Below are positions 37,708 through 50,942 of a stretch of 64,000 bases of DNA, one piece after another. The DNA is from Dimorphilus gyrociliatus (taxonomy: Eukaryota; Animalia; Annelida). Position numbers and translations under genes: made by a program. Position 1 is the first letter of the stretch; each line of letters starts with the position of its first letter. The notes beneath the pieces were generated by a model, which saw only the letters and a list, made by a program, of their open reading frames with translations, had not been told where the DNA came from and ran no database searches. The stretch covers positions 4,087,891 to 4,151,890 of the forward strand of contig CAJFCJ010000002.1 of NCBI GenBank assembly GCA_904063045.1, read 5' to 3'.

Positions 37708-39595
37708 AAGGAAATATCGAAATATTATATATTCTATATGAATTATTGTCTGTGCAACATTTTTAGGTTGATAAGCATATATTAAAATAATTTTTTGATC
37801 TATTTATAATTCTAATTCCCATCGAAACTATGCTATTTATATAATTTAACCTCAATAAAATTAACTTTTATTTAGTAAAGCCGCTTTTAAATCTATATTC
37901 CTTTCCTTTTATAAATGAAAAATACCTTTTTGTAATTGCTGTTTTTTTTTATTATTTATGAATTACGTGTTTTTCTACTTAATAAACAATATTGTACCTT
38001 ATGAACAATAGTATTGTGGAAATGTTTCAGGAAGTACTATATACTCAAATACGGACACAAATGTTTTGTATACATGTTTCATTGATAGGACGTAAAAAGA
38101 AATTGTCAACAGGTATTCAATATAGGTATTGAATTGTGACATAATATTGTTACGTAATCAACTGTATTCAATACGCTATGCCATAAAAATTTTAGTATAG
38201 ACAAGGGGGACTTTTTTTTTAATATATTCATGTTGAATGGTACTATTTTACTATGAGTAGGGGATATTACTAAATTATTCAAGAGGGTATGGTAGATTTC
38301 CAGTTATTGCTTGCATCGTTGCTCACAATTCTATTTAATTTTTCACGACGACACTCTGTCGCCCTGTCGGATGTCCGAGGCAGACAATAAGCACGCTCTG
38401 AGCACGCTTCACTCACCATTAATCTATGAAACGAGATTATATAATAGAAATTTAAGGTTAAATCAACTTTCAGACATCTGTCAGCTTAAATCAGCAACAA
38501 ACACTCAATATCGAACGCGTTTATGTCTTTACCAAACAATGGGATATTACGATAATTTCTTTGGACTAATCCACTAACAGCAGGGCTATTAATTTAAAGA
38601 GTATTGCCATTAATTGTCCGACAATCTGTCAGAAATCTGCGTTAGCTATTTCTTACAATTTCATCGACTATGCAGCTATATTTTGTTTGAAAATTCTAAC
38701 TTTTAATTAAGAGCAAATTTTATTAAAATACAAAAAATATTCCTATTGCACACAACCGTAAAATACGTAGAAATGCACGACGTTTAATGATAATGCGTTA
38801 TTCATTCTCAAAATTTACAAGGCGAGATCTAGGAACATGATAAGCGAGATTCGACAACACGTACACAATATACAATTAAAAAAAAAATAAAAAGGAAAAT
38901 AAAGTATTTTAAAGCAGCTGTTTTAAAAAGAATTTAGTTTACAATCCAACTTTTAAAGTTGAAAATAGTAAAACATTGGCTAAACTAATGAACACACAAA
39001 ATAGTAAAAAAAGATCATTTGACAAATTTTTGCACACGCTTACAATAAGTTATTACATATACAGAATAAATTACCATTTTTTCTTTTTGTTATCTCCTTT
39101 CAAGTTTAAACTAAAAAGTTTTGAAAGACAGTTTCGCCTTCTACTCATAATAGTTCATCAAAACGAAAATGGGTCCCACCAAACTGCGTTCAACTTCTTT
39201 TTATCGTTTATATTTTGTGCCAAAGTGATATTGCATATAGTCACGTATCATCAATTTGATATAGCATTATCATTTTTTAGTTAACGCAGATGTATGAATC
39301 AATCGAAATTGATCCCAGTTGGTATTCTCGCTGGATTAGTTAATAGGCTTAGATTTGGTGTAAATAAAATTAGTCAAAGAGTTCTTGAGATAACAGAATT
39401 TATGAAACCCATCAAAAGTAAAGTTTAAAAGTAGGTGCCCATTTCAATCTGGATGAACTAAGGACAATCATAAAAATAAAAATAAATAGAAATTAAATTA
39501 GCAAAAAAAAGAGGAACATCTCCATCTGACTAGATTTGCACACGACAGGCAACACTGGCGGTTTAAGAGTTCGTTTGTTCGTGTTTGTCAGCAGT

Positions 39596-40939
39596 TTACT
39601 GATAGAGTAGGTAATTCTTGAGACGTGGAGGTAAAGGTAATTTTTGTACGTGGTGTAATTGATGTTTACCAACGCATTGACGTATAGATCTTCGGCATAT
39701 ATCCATTAAAGGAAGGGGTTCAGCTGTAAAGAAATAAAACGTTTTAAAAGAGAAATAAAACTACTTATACTATGTATAGAGAAATATATGATTCTTTAGA
39801 GTTTGTACGGTGACCGAAAAAAAGTTACATAAATAAATCCTCTTTCAAGAGTACACAGATGGGGAATATTGATGCATAAAATGAATGGGGGCATTGTGTA
39901 ACAAACAGGGATATCAATATAAATCGCTAAAATCGACCATATAATGCAAAAAATATATCTATTTCGAAGAATGAAAAATTTAAATCAAATATTAATAATT
40001 TGGAAAATTGAAGCAAAATTATTTTATTCTGATTTTACAAATCTATTCTTGGTTTGCGAAGGAACTATATTACTTAGAATATTGAACAGACTAGCGCCAT
40101 CTATTATTGCAAAAATGTATGTACTTACGGTCCAAACCTCCAATGTACTTTATAGTAATCTCGCAATGTCCCCAAACGGCTGAAACAACCGGATACAGCT
40201 TTTTCCCTTTTAGGCCCCTGAACGCTACTCCTAAATACTTTCCATCCACAACAAAAGCCAGTGTACCATCATCCATATCCAAAACCACTTGGAAGGAGTC
40301 TGGAACTACAAAGTTATCGTCGCTGCCGGTTGGATAAGTCGATCCCGGCGTTGTTTTTGTATTGTGATACAACTTATTCCTACCCAAATCCCAACCCCAA
40401 CTGTCCCTATTCGATCCAATAAGAGATTGGTAACCAACACAGTGTAAGGGTGCATCTTTCGTAGCAACACCCACAACAGCATGAGTTCCCCGTTGCCTAG
40501 TCGACCAATGAATTTGCCATACGTGTAACCCTCGACTATAGCCAAACCTGAACAGGCAAACAAAGTAAACATCGAAAGTTAAAAATAATTTTTAAACAAT
40601 GTTTGTTAAAGAAATTAGTTACCTGCCACGTATGCAATCTGTACTCTGAGCAACCGGATGTCTATGGAACGTTAACTTGTCATCTTCCTTGACGAAAATG
40701 TTCAAACTCCTATCATCGGCATTCCAAGCGTGTTTAAGTTGTGTTTCAAAATTGGCTGGCGGCATATCCAACAACATATCAAATCTTGGCGGACGAGGAA
40801 ATTCTGTTTTAAGCGGTGATACCGTGCTTGGTTCGGCTCTGTTATTATTCGGACCTGAATTTGTTTTATAAGGCGCCGAGTCAAGTCGGGATTGTGATAT
40901 GGTCTTTATGCCGCCGCTAACTTTCTGACCCATCGTCAT
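39596..40939 (-). CDS. SPSB1: SPRY domain and SOCS box protein (SPSB1/4, gustavus); 3 coding exons
   Basis: MGQKVSGG start, [43 protein letters not shown], and SOCS box [15 protein letters not shown]...[14 protein letters not shown]. Confidence 0.95.
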
Positions 40940-43139
40940 GCCGCGTTGTTTCTTGCACGTTTCCACTTTTTCGGACGGTTCGAGAGGGTAAATCTGCAAA
41001 ATAGGCATACATATATAATTTTTGACGACACGAATAAACTAATAGTAAAGACAATAGCCAGTAGTAACATTGGAATATTAACTATGTATCCACCTTTTAA
41101 TACATTATAAATCAACATGACAAGTTTAAATATTGGAAACAAAAATAAAAAATAACTATACGCACGATGTAGCTATCAAATGACACATACGAAACAAACA
41201 CTCTGATCACGGTTAACGTCAGTGGATGTTACCTATATTGCACTGACTACATAAAAAGCATTAATTTCAGTTCAGAATTAACGTACAAAAATTGATCTTG
41301 TTGATACGTTATGGATCAACTTGAGTTTTAAAATGTTAGCTATATTTAAATATATATTATTAGTAACAATTCTTACTTTTGGTTCATCAGAGAAGCTATA
41401 GCTTGTAGACCACTCCATGTCTATCAATTTTTTTAGGTTCTGTTTAGAATAAAGCGATAGTAGTTTCCTCGCACACGCTCCTTAACAGAATGACAGAGCC
41501 TGAACGAATTGAACACAAAAAACCACCGGGGTCTTTGTGTCGCACCAGCACCTGCCATGCCTAGAAAACCCGGGCCGACAACAAAGAGAACCGTTTTTCT
41601 TTGTCCCTTAACTTCTCCTTGTTACAGGCGCGTGGGCATTGAATATTATGTAATTATCACTATTATAGAGGTCTTTAAAGCCCACACGTTTATTTTGCGC
41701 TAGTTTTATCAATGTACCCTGTCAAATTTTAGGTAGGCCAACAAAGACAGCTGTGATATTTCCGGTCTTTGTTCCGTAGGACGCATGTGGGCACTGAACT
41801 GTTACACAACGGTAGCACGGACACAAAAAAGTAGGAAAGAAATACTAAGTCCCTTATAACAGAGGTAGTAAATTTTAAAAAATTAATTGGCTGTCTCCAC
41901 GTCTACTCCCTGAAAGTTGCCTTTACAAAGAACATGAAATAGTCAGAATGAATAACAAGATCTTTATAAAATGATATATACGGAGTACATAAAGAGTAGT
42001 CACCTATATTTCATCATATTTTTAAAAATATATAAGGGATATTTTTATTTGAAAAACTGTAATAGCAAACAATAATATTCTCGGAATATGTAACCCAAAT
42101 TCAAACATAGTTCAACTTAAAGTAAACATAACGAACATTTGAATTAGTGAAATTTCACAGCTGGGCGTTTCCCCACTACTTTTTACATTTATAACCAATT
42201 TATCTTTCAAATATCGATTCAACTATCTTTGAACATTTAAAATACGGATCTTAAAGTTTGTTGACAGTTTTGATTAATAATAATAAGTCAGCGCCGTACA
42301 AATCCATGGAAGAAAATGTTATCAACCGAAAAGTACACTATTCGCCTAAAATAACCTAGAGTTACATAATATGCCGTCTTTTCCGAGTTAAACTTCGTTT
42401 TTACAGCTGTTTTTCGGTCTAACACTCTAAGTAAAATTGGCCTTTCTAAAGGACGAGAGCGAAAGTAGGCGGATAGAACAAACATTATGTAAACTTTCAA
42501 AGACCTAATCTACAATTCAAAAAAAATATAGTATCCACAAAAATCGGTCCGCAATGACGTATATTATTTTGTTAGTTCGAAAGAGTATGAATCATTGTAA
42601 AAAAAATACACTTTTAAAGATTGTGAAATAGAAAGATGATTATTCTTCGAAATATCAACTAAACAGTTGTTTATAAAATGTTTAAATCTGCTGTTTATGA
42701 AACATTCTAATGATATATATAAAAACTCAGCAAATGATACAGAACATAATTACTGTTAAATGGTAAACATACCTTAAATAATAGATCAGAAGTACTTGAA
42801 CCGTTCGATTGGACTTAACAGGCAAGAATGATGGTGAAACCAAAAAACAACGCCAACTGTCACCATCCAATTACGGTCATTGTCATTATCTAAACAGCGC
42901 GATATAAGGGTGGTTGAACAAAGACGAAAAAACGAACTCTAGTCTTATCATAAAAGTATCGTGTTCAAACGGGCTTACAGACGAGTTCGAACGAATAGTT
43001 TCTAAAAAACCCACAATCCCAAAACCACATTAGAATATACGAACCATATTCATTTTATTGTTGAAGAATTGAAGGAGGGTTTGACGCTCTTTCTCTAGTC
43101 TAGTCACACAAAGAGGAAAGTATACAAAGAACGAATACG

Positions 43140-43656
43140 GTCACGTGACTGGGACAGCTGGGCTCATTCGGGCGTTACTCTTAGTATTAAAGTGTTTTCT
43201 ATAGTTTCGATTGCAAAATTACATAACATCCAACTCTTTTTCATTAAAAATTACATCAATTTAAAAAAGGGACACAATAAAAACATAATGACGCTCTTCC
43301 ATGAATATAAAAACATTGCGAAATTTACCTGCGAATTGAGCGTCGTATAGCAGCCGGTGTGAGACAGTTTGTTGGTTTGTTATATATAACAAATTTTCTA
43401 GTACATTCGCTAAAAATTTACTTGTATATATCGCAGTAAAATAGCAAATAAATTAAACTATTCGAGCGTAGAACATGGCGTCTGACTAGATCACGTGACT
43501 AAAATAAAGAGCAGTCGCTACTATGCTGCATGAAAAGTTTTAGAAAATGGCGGTGTAAATAGTTTCCTAGACGCCATATTGAAAAAACAGAAAAGGTTTT
43601 TTTCGAAAATTTCCGCGACGTCATAGTCTTCTAGGCATTTCTCGGAATCACGTGAC
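43140..43656. promoter_or_regulatory. Putative bidirectional promoter of SPSB and KIFBP with 3 TCACGTGA and 3 YY1-like motifs
   Basis: TCACGTGA at 43141, 43491 and 43648. AACATGGCG at 43472, AAAATGGCG at 43544 and CGCCATATT at 43572. Confidence 0.6.
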
Positions 43657-43697
43657 TTCATAGTGCTGTCACCTATTGAATCTGTGAGAATTTAAAA

Positions 43698-45416
43698 ATG
43701 GCTACTGACAAATATTTTGCAGAAATTGCCGATAAAATGAAGGAAGCTATGAGATTAGCTGACACAGAATATAAATTTGATCCTGAAGATTTCCCGTACA
43801 GATCTAAATACAAATCTAGAGAAATTTTAAATGAAATTAAAACAATTTTAGATAATCGTGAATCCGATTCTGAAGAATCTAATGACAGAATAACTTGTCT
43901 TCTAGCGGCCGTTCATATGTACTTAGGTATAAATTACGTAGATTGCGAAGAAATATCCAGCGGGCAAGAACACTTTGAGAAAGCTCTGGCAGTACTTGAG
44001 CCATGGAAATATAACGAGAAAGCTTTTTCCGTTTATTTAAAAACTGCTAATCAATTGGGAATCTTATGGGCTAATCGACAACAAGTTTCCTCAGCATTAA
44101 AGTACTTTGAGATCGTTGAGGAAATGTATAACACTTTCGATAGATTAGAGAACGTTCCCCTGACCGTTGACGAGATCACGCTTATCAAAGAGGAAGAAAC
44201 CAAAGAAAACCGCATTTTGGAGATAGAAGACACTTTCACCCATACACTGTATTATTACGCTCAGTTATATTGTAGAGATGATACAGATAAGGCTGCTAAT
44301 TATTGTAAATTAACCTTACAACGGCAATTAAAATATAGCAACAATTTTGATCATATTGATTGGGCGGTAAATGCTGCAACATTAAGTCAGTATTATTTAC
44401 CAAACAACAATTACAAGATTGCTAGAAACTGTTTAGCTGCTGCTTCTTATATATTATCACAAGCTCCGTCCCCTGAAATTCCATTAGATGTTGACCCCAA
44501 TTCTCAAGTTGCATTGGATGCAAAAGAAAAAATTCAAAAATGCTCCGCAGATATTAGACGATGCGGAGTCAAATACGGTTTGCTACTACTAGAAAATTCT
44601 TGGAAAATAGTTATGAACCAAATGGAAGAAACTGCTGAAACTGACGAAGAAGATATATTTAAGTTTGATCTAGAGCTCGATGAACAAATAGCTTGCCGTC
44701 ATGCGAAATCGTTCGATGAAGCGAAAAAACTATTTTTACAAGTTCAAAATTATTTGAATGAAGCTAAAGATTTTTATAAATTGGATTCTCATTGCTCAGA
44801 TCATATTGAAATTATACAGGATTATAGTAAACTATTTAAATTTTTATCTTATTTCGAACCAGACTTGGAGAGGCAATGCAAAATGCATAAGAGACGAATT
44901 GATATGTTGACAGGCGTCTTAAACGAGTTGAATCCTCAACACTATCTACTTGTATGCCGACAATTACAATATGAAATAGCCGAAATTTACAGTGCCATGT
45001 TAGATTTGAAACTAGCTCTCATAGAATCAGGTCAAAAGACACCCGACCCAAAATCTGTTAATAAAGTAAACCAATTATCAAACCAGGGTATAATCTATTA
45101 TGACAAATTTATACAATCGTTTAATAATCCTGAGGGTAAAACACCGGATAAAATCCCTACAGAAGACGAAAGACCATTTTTGATTGCCTGGTTTTGTAAA
45201 GGTAGATTATTTTCGAAAATTATAGAAAGTAATCCTAACATACGAGCAAAAAATGTTCAAAAAACTATTGATTGTTATAAAGTTCTTGTTGATTATTGCT
45301 ATAATCATAAGGAGACTGAAGATAAGGTGAAAGACGAATTAGGCATTTGCATAGAAATGATAAACATTTTACCTGCAAAAATTCAAAACATATTGGCTGC
45401 ACATCACAGCTGGTGA
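43698..45416 (+). CDS. KIFBP: KIF-binding protein (KBP/KIAA1279), single exon, 572 aa
   Basis: DWAVNAATLSQYY, DLERQCKMHKRRIDML and LNPQHYLLVCRQLQYEIAEIYSAMLDLK. Confidence 0.93.
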   Translation: MATDKYFAEIADKMKEAMRLADTEYKFDPEDFPYRSKYKSREILNEIKTILDNRESDSEESNDRITCLLAAVHMYLGINYVDCEEISSGQEHFEKALAVLEPWKYNEKAFSVYLKTANQLGILWANRQQVSSALKYFEIVEEMYNTFDRLENVPLTVDEITLIKEEETKENRILEIEDTFTHTLYYYAQLYCRDDTDKAANYCKLTLQRQLKYSNNFDHIDWAVNAATLSQYYLPNNNYKIARNCLAAASYILSQAPSPEIPLDVDPNSQVALDAKEKIQKCSADIRRCGVKYGLLLLENSWKIVMNQMEETAETDEEDIFKFDLELDEQIACRHAKSFDEAKKLFLQVQNYLNEAKDFYKLDSHCSDHIEIIQDYSKLFKFLSYFEPDLERQCKMHKRRIDMLTGVLNELNPQHYLLVCRQLQYEIAEIYSAMLDLKLALIESGQKTPDPKSVNKVNQLSNQGIIYYDKFIQSFNNPEGKTPDKIPTEDERPFLIAWFCKGRLFSKIIESNPNIRAKNVQKTIDCYKVLVDYCYNHKETEDKVKDELGICIEMINILPAKIQNILAAHHSW

Positions 45417-45780
45417 AATGATTTTCATTTCGTCTAAGATTTTTTCATCTTTTTCTCAATCTTGTTTTACTTTAGTTTTTACGAATACAACTTTCGTATT
45501 TTTTATAAGTTAGCTATTTCTTATTATAATGTATGAAGGAAACAATAAAGGCCTATAGGCCTATTTAAAAATAAGGAACATAAGTTTATTACCTAAAATT
45601 TAGACTTTTATACATAAAAAAAGTTTTGAAAACAGCAAGCAATCGTTATATTTGCATTCTTTTTTTAAATAATTCAAATAAATATTAAAATTTCACAATT
45701 GAAGTAAACAAATTTCTACAGTAAAATATTCTAAAAGAAATGGCATTTAAAACAAAATTAGCTACTGTAAGATAAACTTC

Positions 45781-48700
45781 TCACACGAAATGAGGTGACC
45801 TTTCGTCTTTGGAAATATTATCATATGATGGAGCAGATTGATGAGCGTCACCTTCGTCATCCGCATCTATACTGTCGTTTAAAAGTGTACTGGGATACGA
45901 ATTTCTTCTATTAGCTGTTAATAACAAAAATTAATTGATCTAATTAGGATAAAATTTCGATAATGATCTTTAATAGAAATGGGAACTTTTACAACAGCTG
46001 TTATCGTCATTTGGCTCTTTAATGTCTGTTTATATAAAGATATCTTTACAACTTATCTTGATTCTTCAATTAAAAAGTCAAATGACAAAAACGAGTTAAC
46101 AACTTGTGAAAATTTACGAGCCTACTGCGGCGATTGTCAAAGTCGCCGCAGGCTTCGTATTTTCACACCTAATCTATTAACAAGTAGGGGGTGTAAAACA
46201 TAGAGCCCGAATATGTTAAGGAAACAGCATTTCTTTTGTACAAGACAAGCGAATTATTTCGTTTCCTAATTTAAGATATAATAAAGCTAGGGAAAATTCG
46301 GCATGCATAAATACACCTATAAATGAAAAAACACACAACCTTTTTATATTTCTTTTTCTGTATAGAGTAATACAATAATGACAAAAACTATATATTTCTT
46401 TTAGTTTTATTATCTCAAATAACTTACCACCATCATCTGAATCATTCTGACTAGCTGAATCGATGAACGTTTGAACTTGATTACAAAATGGCAACTCAAC
46501 CTTTTCCTTAGTCTTGAATACTTCAGGAGCGAATTCTATTAATATGTGAATAACTTTATTTTGTCGGTTAATTCGATCCTGATTTTCTTGCATATTTGCA
46601 GCCCTCTGTCTATCTCCCATTAAATTAGGACCAAAAACTACACCTAAATTAAAAGCATCCATGTGATTAGATTCCTGTTCAGCAACCCTATTTGAGCATA
46701 GTATATTTTTAATCATTTACAATATACTCGTATAAACTAAGAGCATACTTATATAAATGATTCATTAGAGTCGCGCAAGTCTCATAGTGTGGTTTATCCA
46801 GTTTTTTAACGACGTCCCTTAAGCTCTCCTTTAAACGATCATTTGCTAGAGTTATTGGTTCAGGAAATTTCTGTATGTACAAAATAGCATTTTACTATCG
46901 TTATTAACTTATTGAAACGGAATAATAAGATACTAATATTTCAATCAAATATAAACTTTAGACAATAGATATATTTTATCTTTAATTTTTTAAATAAATA
47001 GAAAAAACAAACAAAAATTTACCTCGGAAATTTTTATAAAGTCATCGTAAAGACGAACCATGAGTAGAGGCTCAGGAAGCTAAAAGAAGTCGTAATATTA
47101 CAAAAAAGGTGATCATTGCGTTAAAAGCAAGTGCCTTTACCTGTCTAAAGTATTTTTTCAGAACGGACGCGACAACATGATATCCAGAATCTGTTAAATC
47201 TTCAACTACTTCATGTGTTTCAAACATTTTTGTCAATTGTTTTTCCTTAGATACAAGTCCAGGAACTCTATATAGACCCTAAAATAAAAGAATATTAAAA
47301 AAAGCACTTTTTAATTTATTAAATATCAAATTACTTCTTTCATTAAATTATCACCAGATTCTAGAAAATCGATACATTTCGTGACAATAGGAGGCACGAG
47401 ACACCCATATCTATTTGAATATTCGTTCAAGCTAACTTCGAATAGTCTCTGATAAAAAAAATAATAAATTTATTATTAATAATCTCAAAAATTATGAAAG
47501 TTTTTTTTACATACATGGCTCCTTGGACTTCCAGATACCGGTGATGATTCCCTACTTTTCGAACTACTACCACTGATAGAATCAGTATCACTTACATCGT
47601 GTTTTCTTCGTCTACAACATTTGCAATTTTAAATCAATCTTGTGTTTAGTTACAAAATGTTATTAAATTTACCCTTCATATGGTTCGAATTTGAAAGGTT
47701 CGGGTTCGAATTCTATTTTTTCGGAATTTTTGCAAAGATCGCGAATAAATTCAGCGTAATGAGAGTTAACCGAGTATTTTTTACACTCTTCCTCATTTTG
47801 GGCGAGCTTCATAAAATGAAAATGCAAATATAAATAATTAAGTTACTGTCGTAAAAAAAAGTGAAATATATACTTGAGGAGGACAAGATTCGGCCACTAA
47901 TTTTCGACTTTGAAATAGTTTATAGGATTGCTCTCGTAATTTTGCATCTCCTTCACTGAGTAATTGTCTTAGGGCGGTTATAATACCTTTCTGTGATACA
48001 TATAATAATATGGTATATAAAACAAGTACTATTAAGTTAAAAATTGCATAGTTATAAACCTGAGTTTTATAGCTTTGCTGCACTTGTGAATTAGCTTCAG
48101 CAATACTTTGTTTATAAGAGTTTTCATGCTCAATTACTTTCGTTCTGGCTTCCTCATATTTCTTTTCGGCTCTTTCTTTACTCTTAGGCTCATCTTGTTC
48201 CGATATGGATCCCCATTGCATCTATATTACGTAATTGATAATATGGATAAGTAAACAAAAACAGTCTCTGATATCAAATTTAAATAGACACCTTCAAACG
48301 ATCCATATCAGCATGAGCTCGATCATATACATTACGAAGTTTTATCATTGTTTCCTCGGCTTCTTTCTATAAATCGAATGATATACAATTAAATTGATAG
48401 TAATGTCGCTGAAGGAGCATCTAGATAAAATACGAACTCTTGATTTTATAGCCTTTGTCCACATGTTATAATAGGTTTTTCTTTTATCTTCATGGTATTT
48501 GACTTGATCCCTCATCTGAGACACAAAATGATGTTCCTTGATTTGTCGGCACATATCTTCCAGAGCTTTTGTGTGTTCAACTTCCTGGTTTTTGACGAAA
48601 GCTTTATATTTAATCATCTGCTAATAACTTGAGAGTTTGATTTATTTATTTCATGTTAGCTTTAACGACATATTTAAGCGTTAGTAAGCCCTATATTATT

Positions 48701-50597
48701 TACAATCAGACACTTTGTCACGGGGCGACAAGCAGGTCAGAATATCTGACACGCTTTATCTGTAATAGTGCTAGGCAAATAGAAAGATTCAAATATATCT
48801 ATATATAAATATATATATTTATAGATATGAATGAATGAATAGTACATGTGGCTACACTGCCTTGGGCATATATATTTTCAATATTTTATTCATTTAATAA
48901 TCAAGATATCTATAACGAAGCTACAAACCTGTTGACAGGAGAGCAGGTAAGTCGTTTGCAGAGGTAGATATCGCTGTTGATAAAAAGCGTGTACTGTACA
49001 ACTAATACTTTTTGCCTTGTCGTTTAAAGAATTAATCTATGACAATAGGTTTTACAACAATGAGTAATAATTTATACCTATTAAGACCTGTCGCAACGAC
49101 GTAAAAAAGTTAATAGTATTATGGAAAAGAAAAAAAAACGCGAAAATTATCTTACTTCCGTTTTAAGAGTAACCATATAATTTTCTGCTAATTTTTTTAC
49201 ATTTCGAGCTAATTCCATTTCTGCAGGTAATAAAAAAAGAGAAATATCTATATGAAATTCCTTTGTCATGAGGAATAGTTATTTGTTTTGAATAGCAAAT
49301 AGATTTTATATTACCGCAAGAGCATCTTTGCTCCACATATTTCGTCAATTGCTTTACATAATTCGCCCACGCCTTTGCTCTTTTAAAGCATTCATCGACG
49401 CCATTTTTTACTTTATCTACCATTTCGTCCAGCTGTTTCCCCGATGCTTGAAAAGCAAAACGCAACTTAAATGTCTAAATCGATACAAAATAAATATGGG
49501 ATATTCAAGTTTAGACGCTATCTAAACAGTTTATCCCTATTTCAGCAAATTCCTTGCCAAAGGTCATATGACGTAAATAGATAAAGTAGTAATATACCTT
49601 CTTCGACGGGGGATTCTATCTGCTCCGAAGAGTTATAACGGCTATCCTGTAATTTTAGTAAACAATCGATTTTGATATATAAAAATTTCTTAATTGAAAA
49701 AGGAAAATTAACCTTATGCCTATTGATTTCCTTAAATTCATCTAATTCCTTATGCACGTAACTTGAGACACTGCGAAAGATAGGGATAGTATATGACACG
49801 AAAGTTTGACTGCAAAACATACCTCGTTGATAGCAAGCTGGCCAAACTATCACAATCCTGCATCAATTCTTCTAGTTTCTCTTTTTTAACGTTATGAGGA
49901 AGCGCTAAATTAAAATAGCAATTATTGTAAGACATCTTTTCAACAAATTTTAATACTCAATCGCTAATTGGTTCAAAGAAACAATGTACAAAAGAAAAGA
50001 ACAATAACACTTTACAAATATCTTTTAAATGGGTGTCGTCTTTCGAGGATATCTTACCTCTAATCTCTTTAATCAATTTCAAAACAGCAATAACTAACGC
50101 ATTACTATTTAGATTGGGGTGAGTTTCCAGTATTTCTTTGAGCACATGTAAAACATGACCCAAGTTATCATGAGCTAATCGTCGGATTGTTTCACCCTCC
50201 TCTGCGTAAATCGTAAAACCTCAACTTTATAATTCAAAAGAGAAAGTTTTAGACAAATCGCTCACCTGCTTTCATTTGAAAAACGCTGTTTAAATTCTTT
50301 AAGTTCTCATGAAACGATCGGATGTTGTTATGAAGCAATTTAAAATCTGAAGCGGATTCCCCGTCTAAGGACATAGTTTGATAAGCATCACCATCCTTGT
50401 TATCATCCAATGTGTTGTCCTCCTACGTTGGTTAAAAGCGGGAAGAACATAAATATATACTTAGTTGTAGTTAGAAAGTTAGAGAAGAGACAGAAAATAT
50501 TGCAATATCAACTTACTTTAGATTCGCTCTTACGTCTATTAGGTCTCGCTGATTTTGCAATAAAATTTATGGACAGTTTCTTGGTCATTCCAGCCAT
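45781..50597 (-). CDS. F-BAR RhoGAP of the HMHA1/ARHGAP45-PARG1/ARHGAP29-GMIP family, multi-exon, apparently without a C1 domain
   Basis: N-terminal helical region (LLHNNIRSFHENLKNL), F-BAR (GVDECFKRAKAWANYVKQLTKYVEQR), and GAP domain (GLYRVPG, SVLKKYFRQLPEPL, MDAFNLGVVFGPNL). Start and last exon are less certain. Confidence 0.85.
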
Positions 50598-50715
50598 CGA
50601 AGAATTTAGTTTTAATACGTAATTAAAATTTTATCGATTTGTCGTCATATTAGTGCAGAGCGGACGAAAATTAAAACTGCTTGCCGTTCTTGCTGCTGCC
50701 ATAGATGTTTATATA

Positions 50716-50724
50716 GTCACGTGA
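50716..50724. promoter_or_regulatory. GTCACGTGA E-box in the divergent RhoGAP/threonine dehydratase promoter
   Basis: The motif lies in the 345-bp gap between the two opposed start codons. Confidence 0.5.
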
Positions 50725-50942
50725 TGTCAGGAGCGTATATTTTCAGAAATATTATTTCCGTTGAAAAATATTAATTATTAGATTCTAAAATAATTTATTT
50801 AATTAAATAAGGTATTTATTAAAATATGTTAAAATAAATGCTCTATATTATTATTATCATTCTAGCCAATCAACAAATTTTCATGGGATCATAATTTCTT
50901 AAGCTGACCTTCAGTTCAGTCGTAAACAAAGTCTTTGGAACA

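Noticed and set aside
38311-38640. GC-richer segment with short hairpins and an agcacgct direct repeat; ORF 38311-38577
   Set aside because: Stems are only about 5 bp and there are no ncRNA box motifs. The ORF starts at a non-ATG codon and has no recognisable content.
50631-50702. 23-codon upstream ORF before the RhoGAP start
   Set aside because: Its ATG is only 14 bp from the E-box and overlaps a YY1-like GCCAT, so it is probably upstream of the TSS.
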